Shown: one piece after another, positions 51,671 through 64,000 of the stretch
Layout: each line of letters starts with the position of its first letter
Numbering within the stretch: position 1 is the stretch's first letter
NCBI GenBank assembly: GCA_016748015.1
Contig: JAAOMT010000372.1
Coordinates: forward strand, 310,001-374,000
Direction of reading: 5' to 3'
DNA from: Geosiphon pyriformis uo1
Taxonomy: Eukaryota; Fungi; Glomeromycota
DNA length: 64,000 bases
Notes under the pieces: generated by a model
The model's database searches: none
Seen by the model: only the letters and a program-made list of their open reading frames with translations
Told to the model about the DNA's origin: nothing
Position numbers and translations under genes: made by a program

Positions 51671-54364
51671 TTACTGGATGGTAAGTCTGGAGAGAACATT
51701 GGCGTTTTGATGATTAGCTCTTTTACGATGTTAAATATCATAGTCAAATTCATCCAAGTGGAGTATCCAGCAAGTTATCTGTTTGTGTTCTAGCCTTTTT
51801 TTGTTGTGCAGCCAAACCAAAGCTTGGTAATCTGTTACCACCAAAAACTTCACACCAAGAAGATACTTACTCCAGTAACTGGTAGACCATACTACTGCTA
51901 AGCATTCTTGTTCAATGACTGAATAGTTCTATTCTGCTGGAGAAAGAGTTCTACTGGTATAGGCTATGGCATGTTTTTTGCCATTTTCATCTTTCTGAAA
52001 GAGAACAGTGCCAAGTCCAAAGCCAGATGCATTAGTGTAGAAAATAAAGAGTCAATCTAGATCAGGTTGCTTGAGGATGAGTTCTGTAACCAGTTTTTTC
52101 TTTAAAGTTTCAAAGGCTTTTTGCTGATGTGTTCCCCAATAGTAATTGACATTTTTTCTGAGTAGCTGATTAAAGGAAGAGGCAATTTTGGAGAAATTCT
52201 TGACAAATTTGCAATAATAAGAGGCCAAACCAAGAAAAGAGCATAGTTCATGAATATTTATTGGTTGTTTGATGTTTTGGACTTTTTCAACTTTGGTTGG
52301 GTCAGGAAAAATTCCATCTTTTGTGATAAGATAACCAAGGAACTGGGTGGATTGTTTTTTAAAAAAAGATTTGATTGGGTTGATCTTGAGGCCAGCATTT
52401 CTGAGGAGGTCAAAAACCTTTTGTAAATGTTCCAGGTGTTCATCCCAGGTTTTTGAGTATACCATTATGTCGTCCAAATAGACTAGAACAAAGTTTTCCT
52501 TGACTGATTCAAATATTTTATCTATTAAGCATTGAAAGATGGGAGGAACATTGGTAAGACCAAAAGGCATGACTGTGAATTCATAGGTGCTATATTTGGT
52601 GATGAAGGCAGTTTTCTTTTTGCTTTTTGGATCCATTTCTACTTGCCAGAATCCAGCAGTTAAGTCAATGGTTAAGAAGAAAGCAGCATCTTTGAATTGG
52701 TCTAACATTGCATCAATCTTGGAAAGTGGGTACATGTCTCTTTCAGTAATGGCATTTAATTGGCAGTAGTCAACACAGAAGTGTAGTGTTCCACCTTTCT
52801 TGGATACCACTACAACTGGGAAAGCCTATTCACTCTTGGTTTTTTGTATGAATTCAAGTTCTTTCATCTGGTTTATCTCTTTCTTGATAAACTCATCATT
52901 GTGCCAATTGAATTGGTAAGACTTCAAATAGATGGGTCGAGTTTCTCTGGTGGTGATGGTGTGTTGTATTACATGGGTACATCCAGGGGTATCATCTTTT
53001 TTGGAGATAACTGAGCTATTTCTAGCCAGCAAATTTTCAATGTCTATTTTTCTTTCTTCTGGGGAGAGTTCTTTTTGTTCTATAACCAGTGATTGAATCT
53101 CAGGTGGTTTATTCTCAAAGGACTTCTGTACTTCTTTCAATTCTTCTCTGGATATCAAACTAATTGGTTCCCAATCTCTGTAATAGATCAGGCATGATTT
53201 GCATTCATTGCTTAGAGAATACAAAGGTTTGTTGCACCAATACCAGGCACAAGAATCATGCCACCAAAAACTGTATTTGGCTTTCTTGCCAGGTTTTTTT
53301 TCAAAAGTTCTTTTAAGAATATTATAATAAGGCCAACAGATCAGTTTGCCATTTACAATAATTCTTTCTTTGTCTGCTTTAACATTGTCTAGTGATTTGC
53401 CATTGCTGGTAAAGATAGTATAGGCGAGTTCAGCAGTTTCTTTTTGCTCTTATTGTTCTTTTTTTTCATCACTCTCTTTATCATCTGATTCATCTGATTG
53501 TTCTTCTTCTTGGTTTTGTTTGGGTACTGGAGGAGTTGTCCAATGGTAACACTTAATCACAATGGGTTTCTCACCACATCTAATGGTTAATTCACAAAGT
53601 TTATAATCAAGCAAAGCTTTTGCTTTCTTGAGTCATTCATTGCCAACAATAATGGTGTATTCCTTGGCTTCCGAAACTTTCATGTCAGTTTCAATGCTAA
53701 TTCCATTGATGCGGACAGGAACAGCTTTGGCAATATCCAGTCCTTTTTTTTTGTCACCATGTACATTGGTCATTGGTCTGGTGGAAGGTTTATCAATCTT
53801 TCTACTAATTGCTTCCAAGAAGTGTTTGGCAATGACACTAACAGATAATCCACCGTCCAGAATTAAGTCAATGAAGTATTCAGCCACTTGGGCTTTACAA
53901 ATCAGAAGAGTAACATTGCTGTTGTCAGCAAGTCCAGCTTAGCAAAGGTGCTTGTTGGTTTTTGGTGTCTTTTTCTTTGGAATCAAGAATTTGTGAAGAT
54001 CTTTTCGGAACTGTGGGTGGATCATTAACTGGTTAAAAGTAATATATACTGGAGTTTCCATGAGATTTTTGACAATGGAATAGGGTCCAGATTTTTGTAC
54101 AATTTCTGGGGGTTCCAACTTTGGAAGATTCTTAAAAACTTTAGTCTTTGATGGCTTATTGTTATCAGCAACAGAAGTTGAGACTTTGTTGAGGTCTAGA
54201 ACGAAATCAACCTTGGCTTTCTTCTTCTTTCTGGTTGGTTCTGAGGTGTTGATTGCTAGTTTATCCATGTCATGGTCATCATCAATTAAGTTAAAAGCAT
54301 AAAAAAGGTTTTTTTCTGGTTGGCTTGCACTCTCATCCTTTGGAGGTGTGTTTATCAGTTTAAA
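51671..54364 (-). pseudogene. Pol (PR-RT-RH) of C3
   Basis: LILDGG, CVDYCQLN, MPFGL, YLDD; ends VLSRLTIQ*. Confidence 0.9.
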
Positions 54365-55908
54365 GACTGATAAACAGTGGCTTCAACTAGGGGATTCTCT
54401 CCAAAGAAATTGATGTTGGCATAATTGGGTTTTTGATTGGGGACATTGTTGTTGTTGTTGGATCTGTTGTTTTGGTTGTTATTGTTTCTGGGAGCTGGAG
54501 GAGACAGTGAAGGATTGTTACAATCTCTTGAATAATGTCCAGTTAATTCACAACAATAGCACACAGGTGGGTCATGATTTTGCTGTCTTTAATAGAAAAG
54601 TTGCTGGGGCTGGTTAAAACAAAGTTCATATCTAGGTTTTGGTGGTTGCTGGTTATCTCTGACTGCTTGTGCCAATGGTTTTAATAACCGGGCAAGGTTA
54701 GCTGTGAATCTATCTATCAATTGTTCATTTGGGTCTTGGGTTTGGGCAGCAAAAAAAGTAGCAGCTACTTGAGGAGCAGGGGCCATGACAGAAGTAGGAG
54801 CAAAAACTGAAAGTGTGGATCTCAGATGCATCCTTTAGTTATCTTCAATCCTTTGGGTGAGTTCAATAGTGATATTCATTGTAGGGTTGTCTTTTAGAGC
54901 CAAAAGAGACCAAAGAGCATAAGATAAGTCAGTTCTCAATCCTTTTGTAAAAAAATGAATCTTTTGTTCTTCTGTCCAGTTCCTTCCAGAGTCTACTCGC
55001 TTGATTAACTTTCTGATTGCTTTGGCATATTTGGTTACAACTTTACCAAGACCTTGGGTTTTTCTTTCCAGTTCTATGCACCATTTAGATATTAAGATTG
55101 GAGTTCTGAACTTGTTTTCAAACCGGATAGTAAAAGAGGTATTGTTTTCTCCTGCATCTGCTGGTGTCCATCTGATAATTCTGTGCTGGACATTGGCATT
55201 GGTTTCTTGTGAAAACCATGTGGCAAGAGAGCTTTGAAGGTAGCCACCAACGATTTGGAACTTGTACTCATTATCATATTGGTTGGTAGTGGCTGCTCTT
55301 TCAAAATCATCCAACCATTTAATTGGATCTTGTGCATTACCTCTGAATAATGGTAATGAGGTGTTGTTTCTTCGCCCCAAAGCAGTTTGTATGCCTTGGA
55401 GAGCAGCTAAGATGTTTGCTTGCATTGGATCTTGAGCCATTGGTTCAGGAGTTACTGTTTGAGTGGAATAATCTGAATCACTTGGGAAGAAATCAAAAAT
55501 AGGAGTGGTTTGGTAACTTTTTTCTTCTGTTTCAAAAGGGGTTTCAGCTGATTGATGGGCAGCAATCCAGATGTGAATTTGATGATTTAAATATTCGAAT
55601 TCAGGAGGTTGTTGTTCAAAGGTTGCTGAGTATAAGAGCTGATTGATATTGTTGTTTCTTTCTTCAAAGTTGTTTTCAAAGTAAGCTTGGTCAAAGTAAT
55701 AGATTGTGTAGGCTGTGTAGGTTTCAGCTGAATGCTCATTCAGGAACCAGTTCCAAAAGTCTTGGAATTGTCTACTAGATTGTTCTTTAAGGGGGAAGCA
55801 AATCAAGCAAAATGGCAAAGGATTGAGTTCAATAAAGTCTAAATCATTTCTGTTGTGTGCTTTAAAGTGTTCTGCTAATTGTTGCAGTAAGTATGAATAA
55901 TCACCCAT
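54355..55908 (-). pseudogene. Gag of C3
   Basis: Three in-frame ORF pieces (54835..55923, 54589..54831, 54355..54564); CYCCELTGHYSRDC knuckle. Confidence 0.88.
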
Positions 55909-58900
55909 ACAATAAGGAAACAAGTGGATTTTAACAACCTTACAAGGAGCACTACTTTTATGTTACGGATTGGAGTAACAAACTAACAGATAGCAAAGGA
56001 GAACAAGATTGTAGGGTGATGAAAATAATCAAAGAGAATTTCAACTTTAAAGAGCAAATTGAATGAGTATGGATTCAATATGTAAGATCAGTCTCATAAA
56101 ATATCTCAATCACTATTCTTTTCAAAGATAACTGGGGAATCTGAAGGTAGAGAGATAGTCTGTACTATTAACAATTGATTACTGCTGGTATTAATTCTAT
56201 GCCTTTATGTCAGCACTCTTAGAATTCAATATCAGGTATCAACTTGTGCTCTTCAGTCATGTTTATACAAATAGTCTTCAAATACTACAATTATTTAAAC
56301 AGGAAAAGACCAACAAGTAATCTTTTATCCTAAGATGTTCGGATACTTGAAGGTAAGAAAAGGGAAATTAGCAATAAGAGAGTGATTGAGATGAAAGTTG
56401 TTATTTTTATTTATTTGATTCTTGTCTGAGAGATGATTTTCTACAGCTAAGAGACTCATTACTTATATAGCTAATGAAAGTGGTCAATGATCAGATCAAT
56501 GATCACTATCTAAAAATAGAGTGGCTAATTATATGACATCAGTGGTTAATACATGTGATAACTAATAAAAATTATGAGTTTTAACTGTAACAATATTGTT
56601 AAAAAAACTAATAAATTTCTTATATATTATAATATATTGTAAATTAGTTTTCAAATAGTACTATTTAATAAAATTATATACTTTATTTATGTTTTGCAAA
56701 ACCAACCAAATTTTTTTGTTTTTGTTTTTTTTTAAGACATTTTCAATTATTAAATTGACAGCAAAAATAAAAGATTACATTAAAGTATCTTTCAAAACAG
56801 AAAAGTTATTTCTACAAAAAACACTAAATTTGTTATATATAAATAAAATTTGATCTAAAAGAATCTTAAAAATTTTTTTTTAGCCATCTTAATCAAAGCA
56901 ATAAACAAAGTGTTTGTTAAAATTTCATCTTATTTATAAAGCTTAAATATTATTAAATCTCATGCTCTTTTCTATAAAATTAAAATTGTATTCAAAGTTA
57001 AACATAAATTCAAAAAAACTAAAAACATCTGAAAATTTTATTATTACAATATTTTTATAACTTATTTAAAATACTACTTAAATCTGCAGTTTTTTTGTCT
57101 GGCAAAACTTTAACTATTTGAACCAATTCCTTAAAACCAATAACATTTATAATATTTAAAAAAGTATTATTATCTATATAGCTTAAGAAACATACTAATT
57201 AGCTTAAAGCCCAAACAATAATTCAAGAACTGTTTACTTCTTGGTTTAATTTTTCATGATTGTATTAACTTTAACTTTAATATTTTCAGATTCCAAAATC
57301 AGTTCCTTATCAATTATTAAATAATCTAATATTATTTTGTAAAATAGCTTTTTTAATATATTCTTAATTATGCAGTTTTTATTTGAACAAAAATTTTTTT
57401 TTTTTTTTTTAATTACAAACTTAATAGTAATTGTTTTAATAATTTTGAATTTATATATCTTTAATTGATAATAACTTTTCTGAATTTTTGATAAGCAGCC
57501 AAAAACTTTAATTAACTTGATACTACTTTCAATTAATATTAATATTTCAAAAGTTCTAATATTATCAATAACCAACTAAGTATACAACAAAAAATTAGTT
57601 TTAGATATATTACTTAACTTTAAAATTCTTACTATTTTGGCAATTTGTAACTTCAATTTAAAAAATCTTAATAATTGTTTATTAGAAAGAAATTTGGTCT
57701 TATTATACTATTGTTTAGAAAATATTTCGTTTGCTAATTCTAATATTAAATTTCATAAAAGCTTTTATATTACATCCAAATTACTCTTTTTATTTATACT
57801 ATTAAACTTGTTTATTATTAATAAAAGTCTGGTTGAAAAAAAGCTCTAAATACTAATTTATTTAACACTATTAAAATTCCCAATTTTTAATTTTTAATTC
57901 ACTTTTTTTTAGTTTGTTTATGAACATTATTTATATAAGTATCTAAAAAACCATCCAGTTTTATTAAAAATAAAACAGTTTTATAATCTGTATCAAAAAA
58001 CTCTAAAATATTTCCAATTATTTGGCTAGTTAATGAAGACAATAGATTATTATTCACAAAAAACAAAATTAATAACCTTCTTAATTTCTTTTGAATTGTT
58101 CTATATAGATGTTTTAACTAAAAAGTAATTCTAAAAAACATTAACCAGATTTAAATTCAGATACTTTCTGTAGCTTAATTTCTTTTAGAACTATTTTTAT
58201 TAAAATCTCTTTTTAAAACCACAAATAAACAAGAATTTATTATATTAGCAATAATAATATTTATTTTCAAAACCAGTACAGCTTTTGCTTCAACAGAAAC
58301 ACAAGTGTACAAATCCAGAATTGTAACCAAAAGTTTATTTTTAAAAATTAAATAAACAGAAATCAGCTAATCAAAGACTTCTTTGATCTTTAAGACATAA
58401 TAAGCCAGAAAAAAATTTATAACTACAGTCAAATTAACACCAAAAAAATTATTGTTTTAACCAGATATAAAGATTCAAACTTCATTAAACTTATTTGTAA
58501 TTCATGATTTAATGTTAAATCTTAGCTTTATTTCTGTAATAATAGATATTATATAATCAGAATTCACATATTAACAAACAATATCTTTTTGTTTGGCTAT
58601 GTTGTTTATGCTTTTAATATTATATGTGATAATTTTTCAAATAAAATCTATCATTGAAATATAAGAAATCTACAGAATTTAAGCTAACATTCAACTGATT
58701 CAATTTCTTTAAAACAGAAGAAATAAACACTTTAAAAACAACTAATTTTAATTTCAAACTGCTAATCTTGATGGTTAAGACTTTAAAACTACTTAAACTC
58801 AAATCTAAAATTTTTTTTATCATTAGCAAAAAGAGAAAAAATAATACTTGTAAGTTATTTAAAACCATACTCAAGCCCAAATCAAAATTTGAGATTATTA

Positions 58901-59749
58901 TATCAATTATAACAGAAAATAAAAATAAAAAAGTAAAAACCAGAAACACCAAATTCATGTCATCTAATTTGTACACAATACTAAAAATTTAATCAGTCAA
59001 CAGCTCCAATAATTATTCCAGAGATACTAACCAATTACCAATTAAAAATTTTTTTTAGAACACAAAAAAAACAATATCAAAATGAAAGACACCAAAAAAA
59101 AAAATTCAGAAAGAGATTTAAAGTAAATATATACAAAAATAACAACTGAAAAGACCATTTGCATTCAAAACTTGCCATCAAAAGAAGCTGGTTAAAAGAT
59201 GAAAACATTTTTTTTTGCATAAAAATAGACCAGTTAAAGAAAATTTTTATCTGAAATAAACTTCTTATAAACTTTTTTCAAAGCAGAGACAACTAATTCT
59301 AAAAAGTCACACTCAAGAAATAAATGTTTAAAACATTCACATTTTTTACAATAAATCAAACTTAATTTGGTTCAAGAAAGTTTTACTTTATTCAAGGTTG
59401 GCTTTGTGTAAAAAACTAATTTCAAATTTTTTTGAATTAAAACCAATTACAACACAACAAATCTTATTGCCAGTTTTAAATAAATAATTGATAACACAAG
59501 TTTTTTCACCACCTCTTTCCAATAAAACACCAAAATTATAAACAGTTGTTTCTATTAGCAAAATAAACAAAAACAACTTAAACTGATCTTTTAATATCTT
59601 TTATAATCTTGGTCATATGTACTAAATCTTTTCTAATTAAAAATAATTACTTAAATGTCAACTAATCTGCTTGATTTGATTTAATAAACTCTATTACAGT
59701 CTTCTATTACAATCTAATTAACTGTAATTAGATTAACACAATTTGACCA

Positions 59750-62700
59750 AACTTAAATACTGTAACAACAATTATTTTTTTAGGCATATTTATGAAAATT
59801 TCTTTAATAATTACAGTCTAATCTGAATATATTTTTTTTAAAAATTAGTATTTACAATAATGCCTTTTTTTTAGCCAATAATACAGTTTTTTTTATGTTT
59901 TTTTCTAATGTAAATATAAATCTGATAATTTTTTTAAATTTTGAAAAAAAAGTTGTTTCCCAAAATTATTGACTGTTGAAAAATATTTTTTAATTGCCTA
60001 AGTTTTTGTTATAACTAATTTGTCTTCTATAATCAACAAATAATATTTAAAGCAAAAATATTTTTAATAGATATTTCAATTTAAGCTTTAATAATCTTTA
60101 AATCAATTTATTTTTTGTTTAAAAAGATGTTAAAAAAAAAAGAAAAGAGTTTTTTATTTTTTTTCATGTCATAATCGATTGTGTCAATAAAAAAACCATA
60201 TTTTAGGTCAGTATTTACATTTTTAATCTTAAAAATTGTTATTATTGAACAAAAAAAAACCACTATTAACACTTATTAAAACACTATTATTTTTATTATG
60301 TCTTTTAAATTATACAAAAAAAAATTATAAAAATAACAAAAAAAATACTTTATTTTAATTTACTAAATTTATTATCTATATTCAAATATATATCATCTCT
60401 AATATCAGATTTAACTAAGAAAATATTAATATTACTAATAAAAACTTTTTTTTTTGAGAAAAAAAAACTTCAACAAAACTATAAAAAGCTTTCTTGGGTG
60501 CTTTTTTTTAGACATATTGCTATTTAAAGCAGTTACTAGGTTTATTTCAAAAAAATTATTTGCTTAAAAATATTGAAAGTAATATTATAAGAAAAAACAA
60601 AGATAAAAACTTTTTTTCTAAAAAATTGCTCTTTGAAAAATTTTGGATGTAGAAAAAAAAATGTTTTAATAAGTAATATAATAATAGTAATAATAATAAT
60701 TTTTATTTTTTTTATAAATAATACTAGTTTTAAAATATTTTTTGGCTTTAAATAAAAGTTTTTTTTGAAATTTTTATCAAAGTAATATATTAAGAATAAA
60801 TTTTAATATAATTACTATTATTATAAAAAGCTTTAAATTTTTAATTATAAGTTAATAATTAAGCTATTATTTTTTTTGTTATATTTTTTAGTTGTTTAAA
60901 TAACAAAAAAGTCAAAAAAAATCTTTTTTTCTTTTAAATTAGTTATTAATATTAAAAAACTGTTTTTTTATTATTTTTAATTATATTATAATCAGTTTTT
61001 TTCAAAAAAAAATAAAACTTTGGTTTTTTTCTTAATTTTATAATATTAACATTAATTTTGGTGCTTAATTTTATTATAATTATAAATAATAATTAATTAT
61101 TTGTTATAAACAATAATAATAAAAATATATTTATTAAATTTATGTTAAATTAATATTTGATTTTGTTTTTTAATATATTAAATTTTAATTAATTATTATT
61201 AGTTTTAAAAGTTAAATAAGTTATATTTTTATATGTAATTTTAACTAATTTGCTTATTAAATTATCTAATTTTAAAAATTAAACAAATTAAATAAAAACT
61301 AAATTAAGTTTTTTTGTTTTTAAAAAATATTGTCTTTGGTAATATTTAAAATTTTTTTACAAATTATCAAAATTTTTTAAGTAAATAATTTTAAATATAA
61401 TTAATAATAAAATTTTTTATTTTCTTATTTTTATAATTATAATCAAAGCAAAAATTAAGAAAGTTATACCATTTTTACTTTTATTATTATCTAAAACAAT
61501 TAATATTTTCTTTATTAATAAAGCTTTAACAATTGTAGAAATTATTTGTTAGTACTTTATAAAAGCAGTTTTTTTAAATAAAATAATAATTAAACAGTTT
61601 TTTGTTGCTTTAAAAACATCTTTTTTGTTTTTAACTAAAAGTTTTTTCTTTTTTAAAATTTCTTTAAAATGGCTTATTTGAGATTATTTTAGTGTGATTT
61701 CTGTTTCTTTTAAAAGTTTTAAGATTTTTAATAAGAATTAATTACAAAACTGCTTTTTTCTTTTATTCTTTTACTTACTGTTATTAAATAATCAAAAAAA
61801 CTAAAGTGATTAAAAAACAATTTCTTTATATTTTTAATATTTTGTTTAACAATTCTTTTGAAATATTAAAAAAATTTTTTTTAATGCTTTTAATAATTTT
61901 AATATATTGAAGTTTGTTTTTTTTGTAAAAAATAATGCTTTATTTTTTTTGTTTTTTCTGGCTCTTTTATTAATTCTGTATTATTTATATTAATTATAAA
62001 ACCTAAGTTTATTAAAGCTATAAGTGAGAAATTTTCTTTTATTCTAAATAATAATAAAAGAAACATATTGATCAATTTTGGTTAAAATTAGTTTTTGATT
62101 AATATATTAATTTTGGCATATTTTTACTAATTTTAAATTTAAAAAATTATATATTTTTGAATATGTTTTTACTTGATTAATTTTCTAAGTTATCTGATCT
62201 TAAAAATTGAACTGATTAAATAGAAACTAAACTATCTGTTTTTTTTTGTTTTTTGGTACTGTTTCTAGTAATACATAAGAAACTATTATTAATTATTAAA
62301 AAATTTTTAAATAAATAATTTCTATTTGGTATTTAATATTATATTTAAAATCAAATTGGCTTTGGTTAATTTTTTGTTTTATTTGTTGTTTGGTTTTATT
62401 GAAATCAAATCTGTTTTTAAAAATAATATTAAGTTGTTTTGTATAAAGTTTGCTTTTAAAGTTTTTTTAATTGCTATTACTAATATTTTTATTAATAATT
62501 TCTTTTTTTTTAACTATGTTTTAGATTATAAAATCTTTTATAGTGGCTTTTAATTCTCTTTTTTTCTCTTTTGTTGCACTTTATAATATTTTTCTTAGCA
62601 TATTTTTTAATAATATTAAAATTACTCTTGATGTTTTTAGTATTATTATTTTAATAAAATTAAAATTTGCTGGTTTGTAACAATATGTTATTGTTTTTTT

Positions 62701-64000
62701 TAAGAACTTTTTTTTGTTGTTGCTGTTTTTGATAACTGGTTTGTGTTGGTTAAAAAAATTAGTATTTGAATTCTTTTTTTTGTTAACCAAAAAGAAATTA
62801 TTATTTTACATAATAATTTTAAGACCAAATTAATCAACTTTTTTTTGGTGTATTGTTTTTAAAATTAGTAGTATAATTTTTTAGTTTAGTAGCCATACTT
62901 GTTTTATTTTTTATTTTTCTAATTTTTATTATTGTTAATGTTTTACTGTTGTAATATTTGGGTCTTATAAGTTTTTAGATCTTGCTATAATTAAAACTGA
63001 AACTTTACACAAATATTATATCTAATAGAAAACTTTTAAATATTATTACTATCACAAATACCAAAGTTCGAAACATTTGTTTAAAGATTATAAAGTATTA
63101 TTACTTCTTTTTTCCAAATTGGTTATTAAATTTGTTGTTGGTTTTAAGTTTTTTGTGTTATTTTTGGCTGATAATAAATTTTAGCTGTTTTTTGGTAATA
63201 TTTATTGTTAATTCTATTATCAAGTTTAAATTAAACTTCTTAAAATCTTAAATTTTAAGTTTAATTGCTTTGGTAAAATTTGTTGTAAAGCTTATTGGCT
63301 TTTTAATTATTTTAGTTACCATTTTTTTGAATAAAAATACATACAAAAAGCTTTTAATAAAAAAAAATTTGCTTTTTATAAAAAATACTGTTAATAATTT
63401 TGTGATTTGTATTTTTAGAAACTTTACATATTTAAAATCCAAAATAAAATAAACTATAATAGTATACTAATTATTAAAGCTTTTTTTTTAAGTAAAGATA
63501 ATATTAAGTGTATAATTGCTTTGTAATATATATTAAATCTTAATATTAAAGATAATATTAATGTTATAATTTAAAAATTTAGCAAAAAAATCATAAAATA
63601 ATATAAACTATTTAATTATAATATAGCATAATAATTAACATAATAATAAGTACTATCTTATAATAGCAATAAGCATTAATTTGTAATAGTAATAAATACT
63701 AATTAATAATAACAACAAATATTAAGTTATGATATTAAAAAAAGAGTATTACAATATGTTTTTTATAGAATTACAAATATGTATATATATAATAACTTTA
63801 ATATTGAAAAAAATAAAAATTTATCCAATATTTAATTTTGTTAGATTTTAATTTTTCACTTTAATTATCTTTTAACTTTTATTTTTAATAAATTTTTAAT
63901 CAAAAAAAATGAAAAAAAATATATTAAAAACTTAATTATTATAATCTAAAATATTAAGAAACTTATTTATATTATTTATTAAATAAAACTATTATTTATT
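59750..64000. repeat. Extremely AT-rich, unclassifiable repeat relics
   Basis: Almost no G/C; the ORFs are K/N/I/F-rich artefacts; partial similarity to 37825-38100. Confidence 0.45.

Larger units (their letters stand above)
48943..56592 (-). mobile_element. Family C copy C3, complete and best preserved
   Basis: LTRs 48943-49622 and 55961-56592; perfect ATAT TSD; PBS 55938-55954; polypurine tract GGAAAGAATGA 49623-49633; all domains present but with stops. Confidence 0.95.
46602..59750 (-). mobile_element. Heavily degraded LINE of a second family, interrupted by C3 (pieces 46602-48942 and 56593-~59750)
   Basis: Eroded C-terminal Cys motif (LYNKSYLRILCLYCIE) at 46750-46989; KIILDYLIIDKELILESENIK at 57246-57575 parallels RIVLDHIIKESKFYDNPNEIK of the other LINE. 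Confidence 0.65.

Noticed and set aside
57637-63452. Short K/N/I/F-rich ORFs in the right-hand AT-rich region
   Set aside because: Compositional artefacts of hypermutated relics; no intact domains.

Overview
Eukaryotic, very probably fungal, AT-rich DNA. The repeat content resembles an early-diverging, Glomeromycotina-like genome, but that assignment is inference. About 85-90% of the window is nested, C>T/G>A-degraded transposons around one CpG-retaining gene island (~38.8-44.5 kb). The island holds two intact multi-exon genes: an SRSF4/5/6-type SR splicing factor (38940-40992, +) and the CAF-1 p60/CAC2 WD40 subunit (41660-44209, +). The transposons are: Ty3/Gypsy family 'B' (dUTPase-carrying; one partial copy, one internally deleted two-LTR copy, one solo LTR, one degenerate LTR); Ty3/Gypsy family 'C' (three near-full-length copies plus a fragment); two LINE families with APE-RT(-RNase H); and a pogo/Tigger DNA transposon carrying cargo. 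The most notable observations: (1) both LTR families have a primer-binding site (PBS) matching elongator tRNA-Met, plus conserved LTR boxes complementary to that tRNA's anticodon arm; (2) family C has a U_UUA_AAC gag-pol frameshift site, an integrase split off as its own ORF, and an extra unknown ORF3; (3) a candidate poison exon lies in the SWQ|DLKD intron of the SR gene; (4) RIP-like hypermutation is confined to repeats. Coordinates were read by eye and may be off by a few bases.
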